A program made the position numbers and the translations under genes. The notes below the pieces were generated by a model. That model did no database searches. It had not been told where the DNA came from and saw nothing but the letters and a program-made list of their open reading frames with translations. A DNA stretch of 64,000 nt from an uncultured Alphaproteobacteria bacterium (GTDB lineage Bacteria; Pseudomonadota; Alphaproteobacteria; UBA6615): assembly GCA_943787745.1 (NCBI GenBank), contig CALSNJ010000002.1, positions 454,904 through 518,903 of the forward strand. The letters are read 5' to 3'. How positions within the stretch are numbered: position 1 is the first letter of the stretch; each line of letters opens with the position of its first letter. Shown piece by piece: positions 31,531-43,916 of this stretch.

Positions 31531-32379
31531 ATGACCGAATACCGGCATGTTGAGGTGGGTAGCCTGAAGATTGGCGGGGATCTGCCTTTGACCCTCATTG
31601 CAGGACCATGTCAGCTTGAATCAAGAGCGCATGGCCTCGAAATGAGCATCGCGCTGAAAGAGATCACCGATAAACTTGGAATAGGGCTGATTTATAAGAC
31701 CAGCTTCGACAAGGCCAATCGGACGTCGATCAAGACCGCGCGCGGTCTGGGGCTGGCTGAAAGCCTGCCAATTTTCGCGGAAATTCGCGAGACAACGGGC
31801 CTTCCTATCATTACCGATGTCCATGCAGCTGAGCATTGTGCTGCCGTCGTCGGCGCTGTGGATGTGCTCCAGATACCTGCTTTTCTGTGCCGGCAAACCG
31901 ACCTCGTGGTCGCTGCCGCGCAGACCGGACTGGCCCTCCACATCAAGAAGGGGCAGTTCCTGGCGCCCTGGGACATGAAGAACGTTGTGAGCAAGGCTTT
32001 CGAGGCGGGGAACGATAAGGTTCTCGTTTGCGAGCGCGGTGCGAGTTTTGGCTATAACACGCTTGTATCGGATATGCGGTCCTTACCAATCATGGCAGCG
32101 CAAACCGGTTGCCCTGTGATCTTTGATGCGACCCATTCAGTGCAGCAACCCGGCGGGCAGGGCGCCACAAGTGGCGGTCAACGGGAGTTTGCTCCGATCC
32201 TCGCGCGCGCAGCCGTTGCGGTCGGGGTTGCTGGCGTCTTCATTGAAACCCATGAGGACCCTGACAACGCACCCAGCGACGGGCCAAACATGATCCATTT
32301 GAAGGATATGCCCGGGGTTCTCGAAACCCTGCTCGAAATTGACCGGATCGCCAAGGCGAACCCGGTTTCCATCCAATAG
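31531..32379 (+). CDS. kdsA: 3-deoxy-8-phosphooctulonate synthase
   Basis: 282 aa DAHP-synthase-I family; pyrG-kdsA-eno synteny. Confidence 0.9.
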   Translation: MTEYRHVEVGSLKIGGDLPLTLIAGPCQLESRAHGLEMSIALKEITDKLGIGLIYKTSFDKANRTSIKTARGLGLAESLPIFAEIRETTGLPIITDVHAAEHCAAVVGAVDVLQIPAFLCRQTDLVVAAAQTGLALHIKKGQFLAPWDMKNVVSKAFEAGNDKVLVCERGASFGYNTLVSDMRSLPIMAAQTGCPVIFDATHSVQQPGGQGATSGGQREFAPILARAAVAVGVAGVFIETHEDPDNAPSDGPNMIHLKDMPGVLETLLEIDRIAKANPVSIQ

Positions 32380-33687
<1,308 letters not shown>

Positions 33688-33813
33688 TCTCTCAAAAATG
33701 AGTCCAAAACGAGAACTCTGACTCACTTTTGCAACAGTTTTGGCGTTTTGGACAATCTTCTGTAATCAAACGATAAATCGTGGTTGACCCGGCGAGTCGG
33801 CCTGTGATTCCTT

Positions 33814-34128
33814 TTGGTCATGGCAGTTATTGATGAAATCCGCTATCGCGCCCGATCGGCCCTCTGGCCAATTATCGGAGCGCTTTTGCTCGCCTATTTC
33901 TCGTATCATATGGTGCAGGGACAGCAGGGTGTTTTGTCTCTGATGCAGCTTCAGACCAAAGTCGAGAAGGCAGAAACTCTTCATTCGGCATTGCAGGTTG
34001 AGCGTGGCGAGATGGAAGCACGCGTCGCATTGTTGCGACCAGACAATCTTGATCCGGACATGATTGAGGAACGCGCCCGCGTGATGCTCAATTTCGCGCA
34101 TCCGAATGAGATCGTCATTCTGCAATAG
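33814..34128 (+). CDS. ftsB: septum formation initiator family protein (FtsB/DivIC-like)
   Basis: 104 aa, N-terminal TM then coiled-coil; conserved position between eno and pdhA. Confidence 0.75.
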   Translation: MVMAVIDEIRYRARSALWPIIGALLLAYFSYHMVQGQQGVLSLMQLQTKVEKAETLHSALQVERGEMEARVALLRPDNLDPDMIEERARVMLNFAHPNEIVILQ

Positions 34129-34338
34129 GCGGCACCGCGCAACTAACGCGATAGTTATTTACGGTATGACGAATGATTATTTCGTCGCAGATATCGTGAA
34201 TTAACTTAAATCTAGTAAATATCGTATTTTTGCCGGTTTTCTAAGTGTTCCAGGCTATTCAAGGCTTGTTCATATTCCCGATATAACCTACTTGTCGTGA
34301 ATGTAAACGCGCAGGGTCAGGTCGCAGGGGGATCGAAT

Positions 34339-35400
34339 ATGGCACGAAAGCCAGCCACCAAATCGTCTCGAACAGCTTCAAAAAGCACCACCAGCCGACG
34401 CAAATCAGCGTCGAGAAAAACTCCCGATTACAGCAATTACGACGTGGACGAATTGCGCGAGTTCTATCGCGATATGCTCCAGATACGCCGTTTTGAGGAG
34501 AAGGCCGGCCAGATGTATGGCATGGGCCTGATTGGCGGGTTCTGCCATCTCTATATTGGTCAGGAAGCCGTCGTCGTTGGCATGCAGGCTGCTCTCAATG
34601 AGCAGGATTCTGTCATCACGACCTACCGGGATCATGGCCATATGTTGGCCTGCGGGATGGACCCGAACGGAGTCATGGCCGAACTGACCGGCCGCGAGGG
34701 TGGATACTCGCGCGGCAAGGGCGGTTCCATGCATATGTTCTCCAAGGACAAGAACTTCTACGGCGGACATGGCATTGTCGGCGCAAACGTGCCGTTGGGC
34801 ACTGGCATCGCATTCGCCCATAAGTACAAGGAAGATGGCGGGGTTTGCCTGACCTATTTCGGTGACGGCGCCGCCAACCAGGGGCAGGTCTACGAGTCTT
34901 TCAACATGGCCGCTCTCTGGGATCTCCCGGTGATCTACATCATCGAGAACAACCGCTATGGCATGGGCACCTCAATTGAACGGGCTTCGTCGTCGGTCAA
35001 TTTCGTCGAGCGCGCCGAAGCCTATGGGTTCCCCGGACTTCAGGTGGACGGGATGGACGTCATCAAGGTCCACGAGGCTGCCGAAACGGCGCTCGCCCAT
35101 GTACGCGCTGGAAAAGGCCCATACATGCTGGAAATGCAGACTTATCGCTATCGAGGGCACTCGATGTCGGACCCCGCGAAATACCGGACCAAGGAAGAAG
35201 TCCAGAAGATGCGGACCGAGAAGGATCCGATCGAGTCTCTGAAAGAGACGTTGATCAGCCTGGGACATGCCGATGAAGACGCTCTCAAGGCGATGGACAA
35301 GGAAGTCCGGGAACAAGTCAACGCCGCGGCGGATTTCGCTCAGGAAAGTCCGGAGCCCGATCCGTCGGAGCTCTACACCGACATCCTGATTGAAGTCTGA
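34339..35400 (+). CDS. pdhA: pyruvate dehydrogenase E1 component subunit alpha
   Basis: TPP-binding motif [19 protein letters not shown]; ATG at 34339 after a purine-rich RBS (ORF extends in frame to 34297). Confidence 0.9.
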   Translation: MARKPATKSSRTASKSTTSRRKSASRKTPDYSNYDVDELREFYRDMLQIRRFEEKAGQMYGMGLIGGFCHLYIGQEAVVVGMQAALNEQDSVITTYRDHGHMLACGMDPNGVMAELTGREGGYSRGKGGSMHMFSKDKNFYGGHGIVGANVPLGTGIAFAHKYKEDGGVCLTYFGDGAANQGQVYESFNMAALWDLPVIYIIENNRYGMGTSIERASSSVNFVERAEAYGFPGLQVDGMDVIKVHEAAETALAHVRAGKGPYMLEMQTYRYRGHSMSDPAKYRTKEEVQKMRTEKDPIESLKETLISLGHADEDALKAMDKEVREQVNAAADFAQESPEPDPSELYTDILIEV

Positions 35401-35428
35401 GCCGGAACGAGCGGAGAGGAACAAAGTT

Positions 35429-36808
35429 ATGCCGATTGAAGTTCTTATGCCGGCGCTCTCGCCGACGATGACCGAGGGAAATCTCGCACGCTGGCTCAAA
35501 GCCGAAGGCGATAGCATTTCGCCAGGTGATGTGATCGCTGAGATCGAGACCGACAAGGCGACGATGGAAGTTGAAGCTGTCGACGAAGGCGTTCTGGGGA
35601 AAATCCTCGTTGCCGAAGGGGCAGAGGATGTCGCCGTCAACACGCCGATCGCAGTCATTCTTGAGGACGGCGAAAGCGCTGACGACATTTCCGCCTCTGC
35701 TGCGCCGGTGTCAGCCGCGCGCAATGATGACAACACTGATGAAGCGCCGGCTGCCGCTGAGCCCGCTGCTGCCGCTCCGGCGCAAGCCAAAGCGCCGCCT
35801 GCCGAGACTGACTATGACGGCGAGACGATCGAACAGACAGTGCGAGAAGCCCTGCGTGATGCCATGGCTGAGGAAATGCGCACGGATGACAAGGTTTTCC
35901 TGATGGGGGAGGAAGTCGCCCAATATCAGGGGGCCTACAAAGTCAGTCAGGGTTTGCTGGAGGAATTTGGCGAGAAGCGTGTGATTGATACACCAATCAC
36001 CGAACAGGGCTTTGCCGGTCTCGGCGTTGGCGCTGCTTTCGCCGGTCTTCGGCCCGTCGTTGAATTCATGACCTTCAACTTTGCCATGCAAGCGATCGAT
36101 CAGATCATCAACTCTGCGGCCAAGACCCACTATATGTCGGGTGGCCAGATGGACTCACCGATCGTGTTCCGCGGTCCCAATGGTGCGGCCTCCCGTGTGG
36201 GTGCCCAGCATTCCCAGTGTTACGCGAGTTGGTACGGCCATTGTCCGGGCCTGAAGGTCGTTTCGCCCTATTCTGGCGCAGACGCCAAGGGATTGCTGAA
36301 ATCTGCGATCCGGGACCCCAATCCGATCATTTTCCTCGAAAACGAGATGCTTTATGGCCAGAGCTTTGAAGTGCCGACCGATCCGGACTTCACGGTGCCG
36401 ATCGGCCGCGCAAAGGTTTTGCGCGAGGGTGATGACGTGACGATCACGGCGTTCTCGCTGATGGTCGGCAAGGCGCTTGAAGCCGCCGAAATGCTGTCGG
36501 CGGAGGGTATAGAGGCCGAGGTGATTGATCTTCGGACGATCCGCCCGCTCGACACCCACACGATTGTGGAATCCGTGAAGCGGACAAACCGGATTGTATC
36601 CGTCGAGGAGGGGTGGCCCTTCGCGGGAATTGGCGCGGAAATCGGCATGCGTATCATGGAAGAGGCGTTTGATTATCTTGATGCGCCCGTCATGCGTGTT
36701 ACCGGCGAAGATGTGCCGATGCCTTATGCCGCCAATCTTGAGAAGCTCGCATTGCCGCAGTCGGATCGTATTGTCGAAGCCGCCAAACAAGTCTGCTACC
36801 GGGGTTAA
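35429..36808 (+). CDS. pdhB: pyruvate dehydrogenase E1 component subunit beta with N-terminal lipoyl domain
   Basis: N-terminal lipoyl domain ([16 protein letters not shown] ... ETDKATMEV), Ala/Pro linker, transketolase-like beta subunit; RBS GGAGAGGA. Confidence 0.9.
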   Translation: MPIEVLMPALSPTMTEGNLARWLKAEGDSISPGDVIAEIETDKATMEVEAVDEGVLGKILVAEGAEDVAVNTPIAVILEDGESADDISASAAPVSAARNDDNTDEAPAAAEPAAAAPAQAKAPPAETDYDGETIEQTVREALRDAMAEEMRTDDKVFLMGEEVAQYQGAYKVSQGLLEEFGEKRVIDTPITEQGFAGLGVGAAFAGLRPVVEFMTFNFAMQAIDQIINSAAKTHYMSGGQMDSPIVFRGPNGAASRVGAQHSQCYASWYGHCPGLKVVSPYSGADAKGLLKSAIRDPNPIIFLENEMLYGQSFEVPTDPDFTVPIGRAKVLREGDDVTITAFSLMVGKALEAAEMLSAEGIEAEVIDLRTIRPLDTHTIVESVKRTNRIVSVEEGWPFAGIGAEIGMRIMEEAFDYLDAPVMRVTGEDVPMPYAANLEKLALPQSDRIVEAAKQVCYRG

Positions 36809-36973
36809 GTCATTGCATTCCAAACAGTCCGGTGATTTTGGCAGGAATTGTTTCCTGTCGCTCGAAAGTAATCGGGTTCTTGCGTCGAAAGGGCTGCAGG
36901 CGACTATGTTTGCAACTTCTCTCGTCTCAAACGGCGTTATTCTGCCGGCGTTATTGTCTCAGGGGGAAATCTG

Positions 36974-38245
36974 ATGCCTATTTCCATTCTCATGCCTGCA
37001 TTGTCGCCGACAATGACCGAAGGCAATCTCGCGCGTTGGCTCAAGCAGGAGGGTGACAGTGTTGTCCCCGGTGATGTCATTGCTGAAATTGAGACTGACA
37101 AGGCGACCATGGAGGTCGAGGCGGTTGATGAAGGTACCCTCGGGAAAATACTGGTTGCCGAAGGCGCTGAAGAAGTCCCCGTGAATACACCGATCGCGAT
37201 CCTCCTCGAGGATGGTGAAGACGCATCAGCCCTTGATGGTTTTGAGAGCGATGGCGGCGCACCCAAAGCAGCAGCACCCGCCGCTGAAACGACAGCGCCC
37301 GCTGCTGTGGCAGACGCTCCGGCTGCACCTGCTCCCTCGGCACCCGCGCCTGCGGCACCCGCTGCAAGCGGTGATCGTGTGATTGCCAGTCCGCTGGCAC
37401 GCCGTTTGGCTTCCCAGCAGGGTATTGATCTTGCCAGTGTTACGGGAACCGGTCCCCATGGCCGGATCGTGAAGGCAGATATTGAAGGTTATGCTGGGGG
37501 AGGCGCCGCTGCGGGTTCGTCACCTGCGCCGGTGATGCAGGCCGCGGAAGGCGATGCAGAGTTCGAACTGATCAAGCCGTCCAACATGCGCAAGGTTATT
37601 GCCACGCGCATGACGGAATCCAAGCAGCAGGTGCCGCATTTCTATCTGACTGTGGATTGCGAGATCGACAAGCTTCTCGACGGCCGCAAGGCGATCAACG
37701 CCGGGGCCAGGGACGGCGAATACAAGATTTCGGTCAATGACATGATTATCAAGGCCTCGGCCGTCGCGCTGATGCAGGTGCCGCGCGCCAACGCGGCCTG
37801 GTCGGATGAGGGCATCCGGCTTTACAAGCAGGCAGATATTTCTGTCGCCGTTGCAATCGATGATGGCCTGGTCACACCCATCGTGCGGCGCGCCGAAGGC
37901 AAAGGCCTGCGTCGAATTTCAGAAGAGATGAGTGATCTCGCATCCCGCGCCAAGGATGGCAAACTGATGCCTGAAGAGTATCAGGGCGGCACGTTCACGG
38001 TTTCCAATCTTGGCATGTTCGGGGTGAAGCACTTCGAAGCCGTGATCAACCAGCCTCAAGGAGCAATCCTTGCTGTTGGGGCGGGTGAACAGCGCCCGGT
38101 CGTGAAAAACGGCGAGCTCGCTGTGGCCACTGTGATGTCGCTGACCTTGTCAGTCGATCACCGCGCGCTTGATGGTGCGATCGGTGCGGAGTTCCTGTCG
38201 GTCCTCAAGGGCCTGATCGAGAACCCGATCGGGATGCTGCTTTAG
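36974..38245 (+). CDS. pdhC: pyruvate dehydrogenase complex dihydrolipoamide acetyltransferase (E2)
   Basis: Lipoyl domain, E3-binding domain, catalytic DHRALDG motif. Confidence 0.92.
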   Translation: MPISILMPALSPTMTEGNLARWLKQEGDSVVPGDVIAEIETDKATMEVEAVDEGTLGKILVAEGAEEVPVNTPIAILLEDGEDASALDGFESDGGAPKAAAPAAETTAPAAVADAPAAPAPSAPAPAAPAASGDRVIASPLARRLASQQGIDLASVTGTGPHGRIVKADIEGYAGGGAAAGSSPAPVMQAAEGDAEFELIKPSNMRKVIATRMTESKQQVPHFYLTVDCEIDKLLDGRKAINAGARDGEYKISVNDMIIKASAVALMQVPRANAAWSDEGIRLYKQADISVAVAIDDGLVTPIVRRAEGKGLRRISEEMSDLASRAKDGKLMPEEYQGGTFTVSNLGMFGVKHFEAVINQPQGAILAVGAGEQRPVVKNGELAVATVMSLTLSVDHRALDGAIGAEFLSVLKGLIENPIGMLL

Positions 38246-38283
38246 GCACAAGATCAACCGCCAAATTCCAAAAGGGGAATTCC

Positions 38284-39696
38284 ATGGCTGAGAAATCATA
38301 CGATCTCGTCGTTGTTGGCGGTGGCCCGGGCGGCTACGTGGCCGCAATCCGTGCGGCCCAGCTTGGGATGAAGACAGTGGTCATCGAGGCCAATCACCTC
38401 GGTGGTATTTGCCTGAACTGGGGCTGTATCCCGACCAAGGCGCTGCTGCGGACGTCAGAGATTTATCATTACATGACCCATGCAGCCGATTACGGGCTGA
38501 AGGCCGACAATGTGTCCTTCGACGTGAAAAAGGTGGTCGAGCGTTCGCGGGGCGTCGCCAAGCAACTCAATCAGGGTGTCGGCTATCTGCTCAAGAAGAA
38601 CAAGGTCGAAGTGATTGACGGCTGGGCGAAGCTGGCAGGTGGCAAGGAAGGCGCGCGCAAGCTAACGGTCGAGAAAGACGGCAAGAAGATTGCCGACGTC
38701 ACAGCAAAGAACGTCATTCTGGCGACAGGCGCACGGGCGCGCGACATTCCCGGGCTGGAGGCAGACGGCAAACAGGTCTGGACCTACAAGGAAGCTATGA
38801 CGCCGGAGTCATTTCCCAAATCCTTGCTTGTGGTTGGGTCTGGCGCGATTGGAATTGAGTTCGCATCCTTCTATCGCACCCTGGGTGCCGAAGTGACGGT
38901 GGTTGAGGTTCTCGATCGCGTCTTGCCGGTCGAAGACGAGGAAATCTCGGATATGGCTGCGAAAGCCTTTGAAAAGCAGGGTATGAAGCTCCTGATGGGC
39001 GCGACGGTAAAATCTCTCGACAAGAAAAAAACCGGTGTGACGGCGACCATCGAAAAGGGCGGCAAAACCGAGAAGATTACGGCGGAGCGCGTCATCATGG
39101 CTGTCGGCATCGTCGGCAATGTCGAAAACATCGGGCTTGAAGGCACCAAGATTAAGGTCGACCGATCCCATATCGTCACTGACGAGTGGGGCGCGACGGG
39201 CGAGAAGGGGATCTGGGCCATTGGCGACGTTGCCGGTGCACCCTGGCTTGCCCACAAAGCTTCCCATGAGGGCATCATCGTTGTTGAGAAGATCAACGGC
39301 TCCAAGGATGTCCATCCGATGGACAAAAGCCGTATTCCCGGCTGCACCTATTGTCACCCGCAGGTCGCCTCGATTGGGCTGACCGAAGCCAAGGCCAAGG
39401 AAGCAGGACATAAACTGAAGGTAGGGCGTTTCCCGTTCCAGGGGAACGGCAAGGCGATCGCTTTGGGCGAGCCCGAAGGCATGATCAAGACGATCTTTGA
39501 TGCCGCGACCGGTGAATTGCTGGGTGCGCACATGATCGGAGCGGAAGTGACCGAGCTCATTCAGGGGTACAGCGTGGCCAAAACGCTCGAGACCACCGAG
39601 CAGGAACTGATGCACACGATCTTCCCACATCCCACGCTTAGCGAAATGATGCATGAATCTGTACTTGACGCTTACGGGCGCACGATCCACTTCTAG
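38284..39696 (+). CDS. lpdA: dihydrolipoyl dehydrogenase (E3)
   Basis: GGGPGGYVAAIRAAQLG FAD motif, redox-active CLNWGCIPTK. Confidence 0.93.
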   Translation: MAEKSYDLVVVGGGPGGYVAAIRAAQLGMKTVVIEANHLGGICLNWGCIPTKALLRTSEIYHYMTHAADYGLKADNVSFDVKKVVERSRGVAKQLNQGVGYLLKKNKVEVIDGWAKLAGGKEGARKLTVEKDGKKIADVTAKNVILATGARARDIPGLEADGKQVWTYKEAMTPESFPKSLLVVGSGAIGIEFASFYRTLGAEVTVVEVLDRVLPVEDEEISDMAAKAFEKQGMKLLMGATVKSLDKKKTGVTATIEKGGKTEKITAERVIMAVGIVGNVENIGLEGTKIKVDRSHIVTDEWGATGEKGIWAIGDVAGAPWLAHKASHEGIIVVEKINGSKDVHPMDKSRIPGCTYCHPQVASIGLTEAKAKEAGHKLKVGRFPFQGNGKAIALGEPEGMIKTIFDAATGELLGAHMIGAEVTELIQGYSVAKTLETTEQELMHTIFPHPTLSEMMHESVLDAYGRTIHF

Positions 39697-39699
39697 CCC

Positions 39700-40668
39700 A
39701 TGACCTCAGCACCGATCCGCGACAAGAATACCGATCCTGCACTCCGGCATCCGGAGAAGCAGAAACGCCCTGACAATCCGATCCAGCGCAAGCCGGACTG
39801 GATTCGTGTAAAGGCGCCGACAAGTCCCGAATATCACGCGACCCGCAAAATGATGCGTGAGCTCAACCTCGCCACGGTTTGCGAGGAGGCGGCATGCCCG
39901 AATATTGGGGAATGCTGGGCCAAGAAGCACGCCACCATCATGATAATGGGTGATACCTGCACGCGGGCCTGCGCGTTCTGCAATGTCGCGACAGGGATGC
40001 CCAAGCCGCTCGATCCGATGGAGCCGGCAAATGTGGCGATCGCGCTGGGCGGAATGAACCTGGAGCATGTGGTGATCACTTCGGTCGATCGGGATGATCT
40101 TTCCGACGGCGGCGCGGCGCATTTCGCCGAGGTGGTGCGCTCGATCCGTAACGCGGCACCCGATACCACCGTGGAAATTCTCACACCTGATTTCAAGGAC
40201 AAGGCCGGAGCCATTGAGATCATGGCCGGCAGTCCGCCCGATGTGTTCAATCACAATCTGGAAACCGTGCCGCGGCTGTATCCCACAATCCGGCCGGGTT
40301 CGCGCTACTTCACGAGCCTGAACCTGCTCCATGAGATCAAGGAACAGGTGCCGAGCATTTTCACCAAGTCCGGGATTATGGTGGGACTGGGAGAGACGCG
40401 CGAAGAGATCGGTCAGGTCATGGACGACCTGCGGTCGGCGAATGTGGATTTCCTCACAATTGGCCAATATCTCCAGCCGACACCCAAGCATGCACGGATT
40501 GATCGTTTTGTGACGCCGGACGAATTTGAAGGTTACGCAACGATGGCGCGCGGGAAGGGCTTTCTGCTTGTATCTGCAACGCCGTTGACCCGGTCGAGTT
40601 ATCACGCTGGCGAGGACTTCGCGAAATTGCGGAGCGCGCGCGAAGCCAAACTTGCTGCTGCCGAATAG
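39700..40668 (+). CDS. lipA: lipoyl synthase
   Basis: Radical [11 protein letters not shown] plus auxiliary [12 protein letters not shown] cluster motifs. Confidence 0.93.
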   Translation: MTSAPIRDKNTDPALRHPEKQKRPDNPIQRKPDWIRVKAPTSPEYHATRKMMRELNLATVCEEAACPNIGECWAKKHATIMIMGDTCTRACAFCNVATGMPKPLDPMEPANVAIALGGMNLEHVVITSVDRDDLSDGGAAHFAEVVRSIRNAAPDTTVEILTPDFKDKAGAIEIMAGSPPDVFNHNLETVPRLYPTIRPGSRYFTSLNLLHEIKEQVPSIFTKSGIMVGLGETREEIGQVMDDLRSANVDFLTIGQYLQPTPKHARIDRFVTPDEFEGYATMARGKGFLLVSATPLTRSSYHAGEDFAKLRSAREAKLAAAE

Positions 40669-40688
40669 CCTCAACGTTTACCCAGCAC

Positions 40689-41162
40689 GTGCCCTCACAT
40701 CAGGAAATCAGGGTTCTGCCCTATCGGCCGGACCAAATGTACGATCTGGTTGCGGATATCGAGCGCTATCCGGAGTTCCTGCCCTGGTGTATCGCGGCAC
40801 GAAATCGCAAGAGGGAAGACAGCGCCGATGGCGAGGTCGTCTGGTCCGACCTTGTGGTGGGGTTCAAGCTTGTTCGAGAGCGCTTCACGTCCAAGGTAAA
40901 TCTGATTCCTGCCAAAGATGGCGCACCGGCTCGCATTGATGTCGAGTATGTCGAAGGACCGCTCAAGTTTCTGCACAACCACTGGGTCTTCATGCCCGGC
41001 GCGGATGGCGGCTGCGATGTCGATTTTTACGTCGAGTTCGAGTTTCGGAACAAGCTGTTCCAAAAACTGATCGGGTCGCTGTTTCAGGAAGCTGTCACGC
41101 GGATGGTTGGTGCATTCGAAAAACGTGCGGACCGATTATACGGGCCGGAAAAACAGCGCTAG
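40689..41162 (+). CDS. SRPBCC/START-domain protein (RatA/Coq10-like)
   Basis: 157 aa polyketide-cyclase/dehydrase-like fold; frequently linked to lipA. Confidence 0.7.
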   Translation: MPSHQEIRVLPYRPDQMYDLVADIERYPEFLPWCIAARNRKREDSADGEVVWSDLVVGFKLVRERFTSKVNLIPAKDGAPARIDVEYVEGPLKFLHNHWVFMPGADGGCDVDFYVEFEFRNKLFQKLIGSLFQEAVTRMVGAFEKRADRLYGPEKQR

Positions 41163-41608
41163 CTATCCGGCTCGTCGTTGCGACAAACCGCTTCGATTTT
41201 GTTGCCGTCGGGATCCAGCACAAAGGCTCCGTAATAGGTGGGGATGTATTCCGGTCGCAGACCGGGGGCACCGGCATCCCGGCCACCATTGTTCATGGCG
41301 GCTTCGTAGAAGTCTCGAACGGAAGCGCGATCCTTCGCCAAAAATGCAAAATGGGCGCCATTGTTTGGTGCCACTGAATTCGGGTCTTCGATGGGTTCGC
41401 TGACCCACAGCCATTGCCGTCCGCTGCCATTTCCGAAGGCAACCGCAAATCCCTTGTCCATCACCACCTCCAGGCCAAGCGCGGCAAGGCAGGGACGATA
41501 GAACGCCGTTGCTGTTTCGATATTTCGGACCCCGATCGAAACATGATCAAAGATCGCAGAGAAGTCACGACTATCGAATGCACCCTTGTTGATCTCATTC
41601 TCTGACAT
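41159..41608 (-). CDS. VOC (glyoxalase/bleomycin-resistance/dioxygenase) family protein
   Basis: 149 aa with paired beta-alpha-beta-beta-beta modules. Confidence 0.65.
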   Translation of the reverse strand: MSENEINKGAFDSRDFSAIFDHVSIGVRNIETATAFYRPCLAALGLEVVMDKGFAVAFGNGSGRQWLWVSEPIEDPNSVAPNNGAHFAFLAKDRASVRDFYEAAMNNGGRDAGAPGLRPEYIPTYYGAFVLDPDGNKIEAVCRNDEPDS

Positions 41609-41633
41609 GTCGTCCGCCCTTTGTTGGATGCTG

Positions 41634-42140
41634 TTAACCCTTGGTGGCGGCCCGACGCAGCATTGAGAACGCAGTCTGCACGGTTGCGTCTCTTATGTCG
41701 GCCCGTGTACCCGGAAATATCTGATGATTGGACACGGTCGGTCGCCCCCGTCCGGCACACGCGAAATGCACGAGACCCACCGGCTTTTCCTTGCTGCCAC
41801 CCCCGGGCCCGGCAACCCCGGTCACCGCGATCGAAATATCGCCCAGTGAGTGTTTGAGCGCACCTTCGGCCATGGCTATCGCGACCTTCTCGCTCACGGC
41901 CCCCTCCATATTGATCAACATCTTGGGGACGCCGAGCATCTCGTTTTTGGCTTCATTGGAGTAGGTGACAAAGCCGCGCTCAACCACATCTGAAGAGCCC
42001 GCGATTTCAGTCAGACAGCCCGCGATCAAACCGCCCGTGCACGATTCTGCCGTGACAATTTTCAGTTTTGCACGACGGCAAAGTTCCAGCAGTTCAGCCG
42101 CGTCTGTGAGCAGTTGGGTATCAAACATGATGCTATCCAA
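41634..42140 (-). CDS. CinA family protein (nicotinamide-nucleotide amidohydrolase PncC-like C-terminal domain)
   Basis: LKIVTAESCTGGLIAGCLTEIAGSS motif. Confidence 0.8.
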   Translation of the reverse strand: MDSIMFDTQLLTDAAELLELCRRAKLKIVTAESCTGGLIAGCLTEIAGSSDVVERGFVTYSNEAKNEMLGVPKMLINMEGAVSEKVAIAMAEGALKHSLGDISIAVTGVAGPGGGSKEKPVGLVHFACAGRGRPTVSNHQIFPGTRADIRDATVQTAFSMLRRAATKG

Positions 42141-42639
42141 AAAGGGTGGGCATATTGCCCGCAGTGCCGAGCCAGAATGCGATGATCCAGGTCAGGATGC
42201 CAGCATAGACACCCGCGCCGATATCATCGGCCATGATGCCAAGACCCCCGGGCATGCGCTCGAAGTTTTTCAGGGGCCATGGTTTTGTAATATCAAGAAA
42301 GCGAAACAGCACGAACGCCACCACATAGTATCGCCAGTCGAGGGCAACCGGGAGGATCGCCAGCCATTGTCCGGCCACTTCATCGATCACGATCCGTTGC
42401 GGGTCTTTGAGCCTGTGGAATGTTGCGAGCTTGCCTGACGCCCAGACCCCGACGACAAAGGCCACCAGCACAAAAATGGCGAGAAGGTACTGACCGCCTA
42501 TCAGAACGATCAGGGCCGCGAAAGGAAGAGCGGCCAGGGAACCCCATGTTCCAGGTGCGCCGGGCAGGTCTCCTGCGCCAAACCAAGTGGCAAGCAGGCG
42601 GGCCAGACGTGGCTCGTTTTCGGAATTTCCTTCGGTCAT
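42133..42639 (-). CDS. pgpA: phosphatidylglycerophosphatase A
   Basis: 168 aa membrane protein; internal ATG at 42639 chosen, the longer ORF to 42915 would overlap ispDF. Confidence 0.8.
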   Translation of the reverse strand: MTEGNSENEPRLARLLATWFGAGDLPGAPGTWGSLAALPFAALIVLIGGQYLLAIFVLVAFVVGVWASGKLATFHRLKDPQRIVIDEVAGQWLAILPVALDWRYYVVAFVLFRFLDITKPWPLKNFERMPGGLGIMADDIGAGVYAGILTWIIAFWLGTAGNMPTLFG

Positions 42640-43793
42640 CTTGTGCTCACACTGATCGTGACGGTCGCTTGCGCAGCAATACCTTCGCTGCGGCCGGTAA
42701 ACCCTAGTCCTTCGGTTGTGGTTGCCTTGACCGATATACGTTCGGAACTTATGCCGAGAATATCGGCAATCCGTGTCCGTATAGCGTCTCGGTGGGGACC
42801 AATCTTCGGGGCCTCGCAGATGATCGTTAAATCGGCATGGGTGAGGGTGCCGCCACAACCAACGAGCATGTTGTGGGCGTGCTGAAGGAAAAGTGCAGAA
42901 TCCGCACCGCGCCATTGCGGGTCACTTGGAGGGAAGTGTGATCCGATATCGCCATCTCCCAACGCACCGAGTAACGCGTCTGTCAGAGCATGAAGGGCGA
43001 CATCCGCATCGGAGTGGCCAGCAAGGCCCTGTTCATGGGGAATATCAATGCCGCCAAGACGAACACTGGCGCCGGGTTCGAAGCGATGGACATCAAACCC
43101 CGACCCGACCCGGGTTTCATTGCTTGCCTGCAGCCAGAAGCTTGCGCGTTCAAGGTCTTCGTCTCTTGTGATTTTGATGTTTTCCTCCAGACCAGGAACG
43201 GTTGTCACGGTCATTCCATGGGCTTCGGCGACAGCGGCATCATCGGTCAGGGCTTTTCCTGCCAATTCACGGTGAGCCTCAAGAATGCCAGGGAATCCGA
43301 ACCCCTGTGGGGTTTGAGCACGCACAAGACCGGAACGGTCGACCGTATCACTCACGATGCCGGCATCGGAGCGCTTCAGCGTGTCATGAACATCCAGAAC
43401 GGGTATGACGGCATCTGCATCACTCAGTGCTTCCAGGATATCGTCAATCATTTTGACGGTCACGAACGGCCGCGCGCCGTCATGAATTAGCACGCGGGCC
43501 GGGGCCGGGCTGCGCGCCAGGTGCTCCAGGCCGTTGAGGACGGAAGCTTGCCTTGTATCGCCGCCATATACTGGTGGCTCAACGGCCAGACCAGCCGATG
43601 CCGCAGCAAAGTCTGGGGTGTCATCACGATGTATCACGGGGATCACCCGGTCGATTTTCGGGTGTGAAGCAAAGCTGGACAACGTCCGGCGCAAAACGCT
43701 TTGCCCTGCGAGCATTCGGTATTGCTTGGGAACGTCGCCAGACATACGCGTGCCGCGTCCAGCTGCGACCACAAGGGCTACGGTTTTGGTCAC
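42636..43793 (-). CDS. ispDF: bifunctional 2-C-methyl-D-erythritol 4-phosphate cytidylyltransferase / 2,4-cyclodiphosphate synthase
   Basis: 385 aa fused IspD (N) and IspF (C), typical of Alphaproteobacteria. Confidence 0.92.
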   Translation of the reverse strand: MTKTVALVVAAGRGTRMSGDVPKQYRMLAGQSVLRRTLSSFASHPKIDRVIPVIHRDDTPDFAAASAGLAVEPPVYGGDTRQASVLNGLEHLARSPAPARVLIHDGARPFVTVKMIDDILEALSDADAVIPVLDVHDTLKRSDAGIVSDTVDRSGLVRAQTPQGFGFPGILEAHRELAGKALTDDAAVAEAHGMTVTTVPGLEENIKITRDEDLERASFWLQASNETRVGSGFDVHRFEPGASVRLGGIDIPHEQGLAGHSDADVALHALTDALLGALGDGDIGSHFPPSDPQWRGADSALFLQHAHNMLVGCGGTLTHADLTIICEAPKIGPHRDAIRTRIADILGISSERISVKATTTEGLGFTGRSEGIAAQATVTISVSTR

Positions 43794-43916
43794 GTAAGGT
43801 CCTCACGGGCAAGAATTGGCCGCACGTTAGTCGTCCGCCGCATCCTTGCCAAGGTGGAGAGGCTTGTACATGTCGAGACAAGTGACCCGTCGCGTCTCGA
43901 CGACTATGATGTGGTT

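Noticed and set aside
34972-35790. 272-aa minus-strand ORF antisense to pdhA/pdhB
   Set aside because: Low-complexity Ala/Ser-rich shadow ORF; pdhA/pdhB are unambiguous.
39706-40674. 322-aa minus-strand ORF exactly mirroring lipA
   Set aside because: The plus strand carries the radical-SAM CxxxCxxC and auxiliary cluster motifs of LipA; the mirror ORF has no motifs and is an artefact of GC3 bias.
42640-42915. N-terminal extension of pgpA to 42915
   Set aside because: It would lie entirely inside the ispDF coding region in another frame. PgpA proteins are ~160-170 aa, so the internal ATG at 42639 fits.
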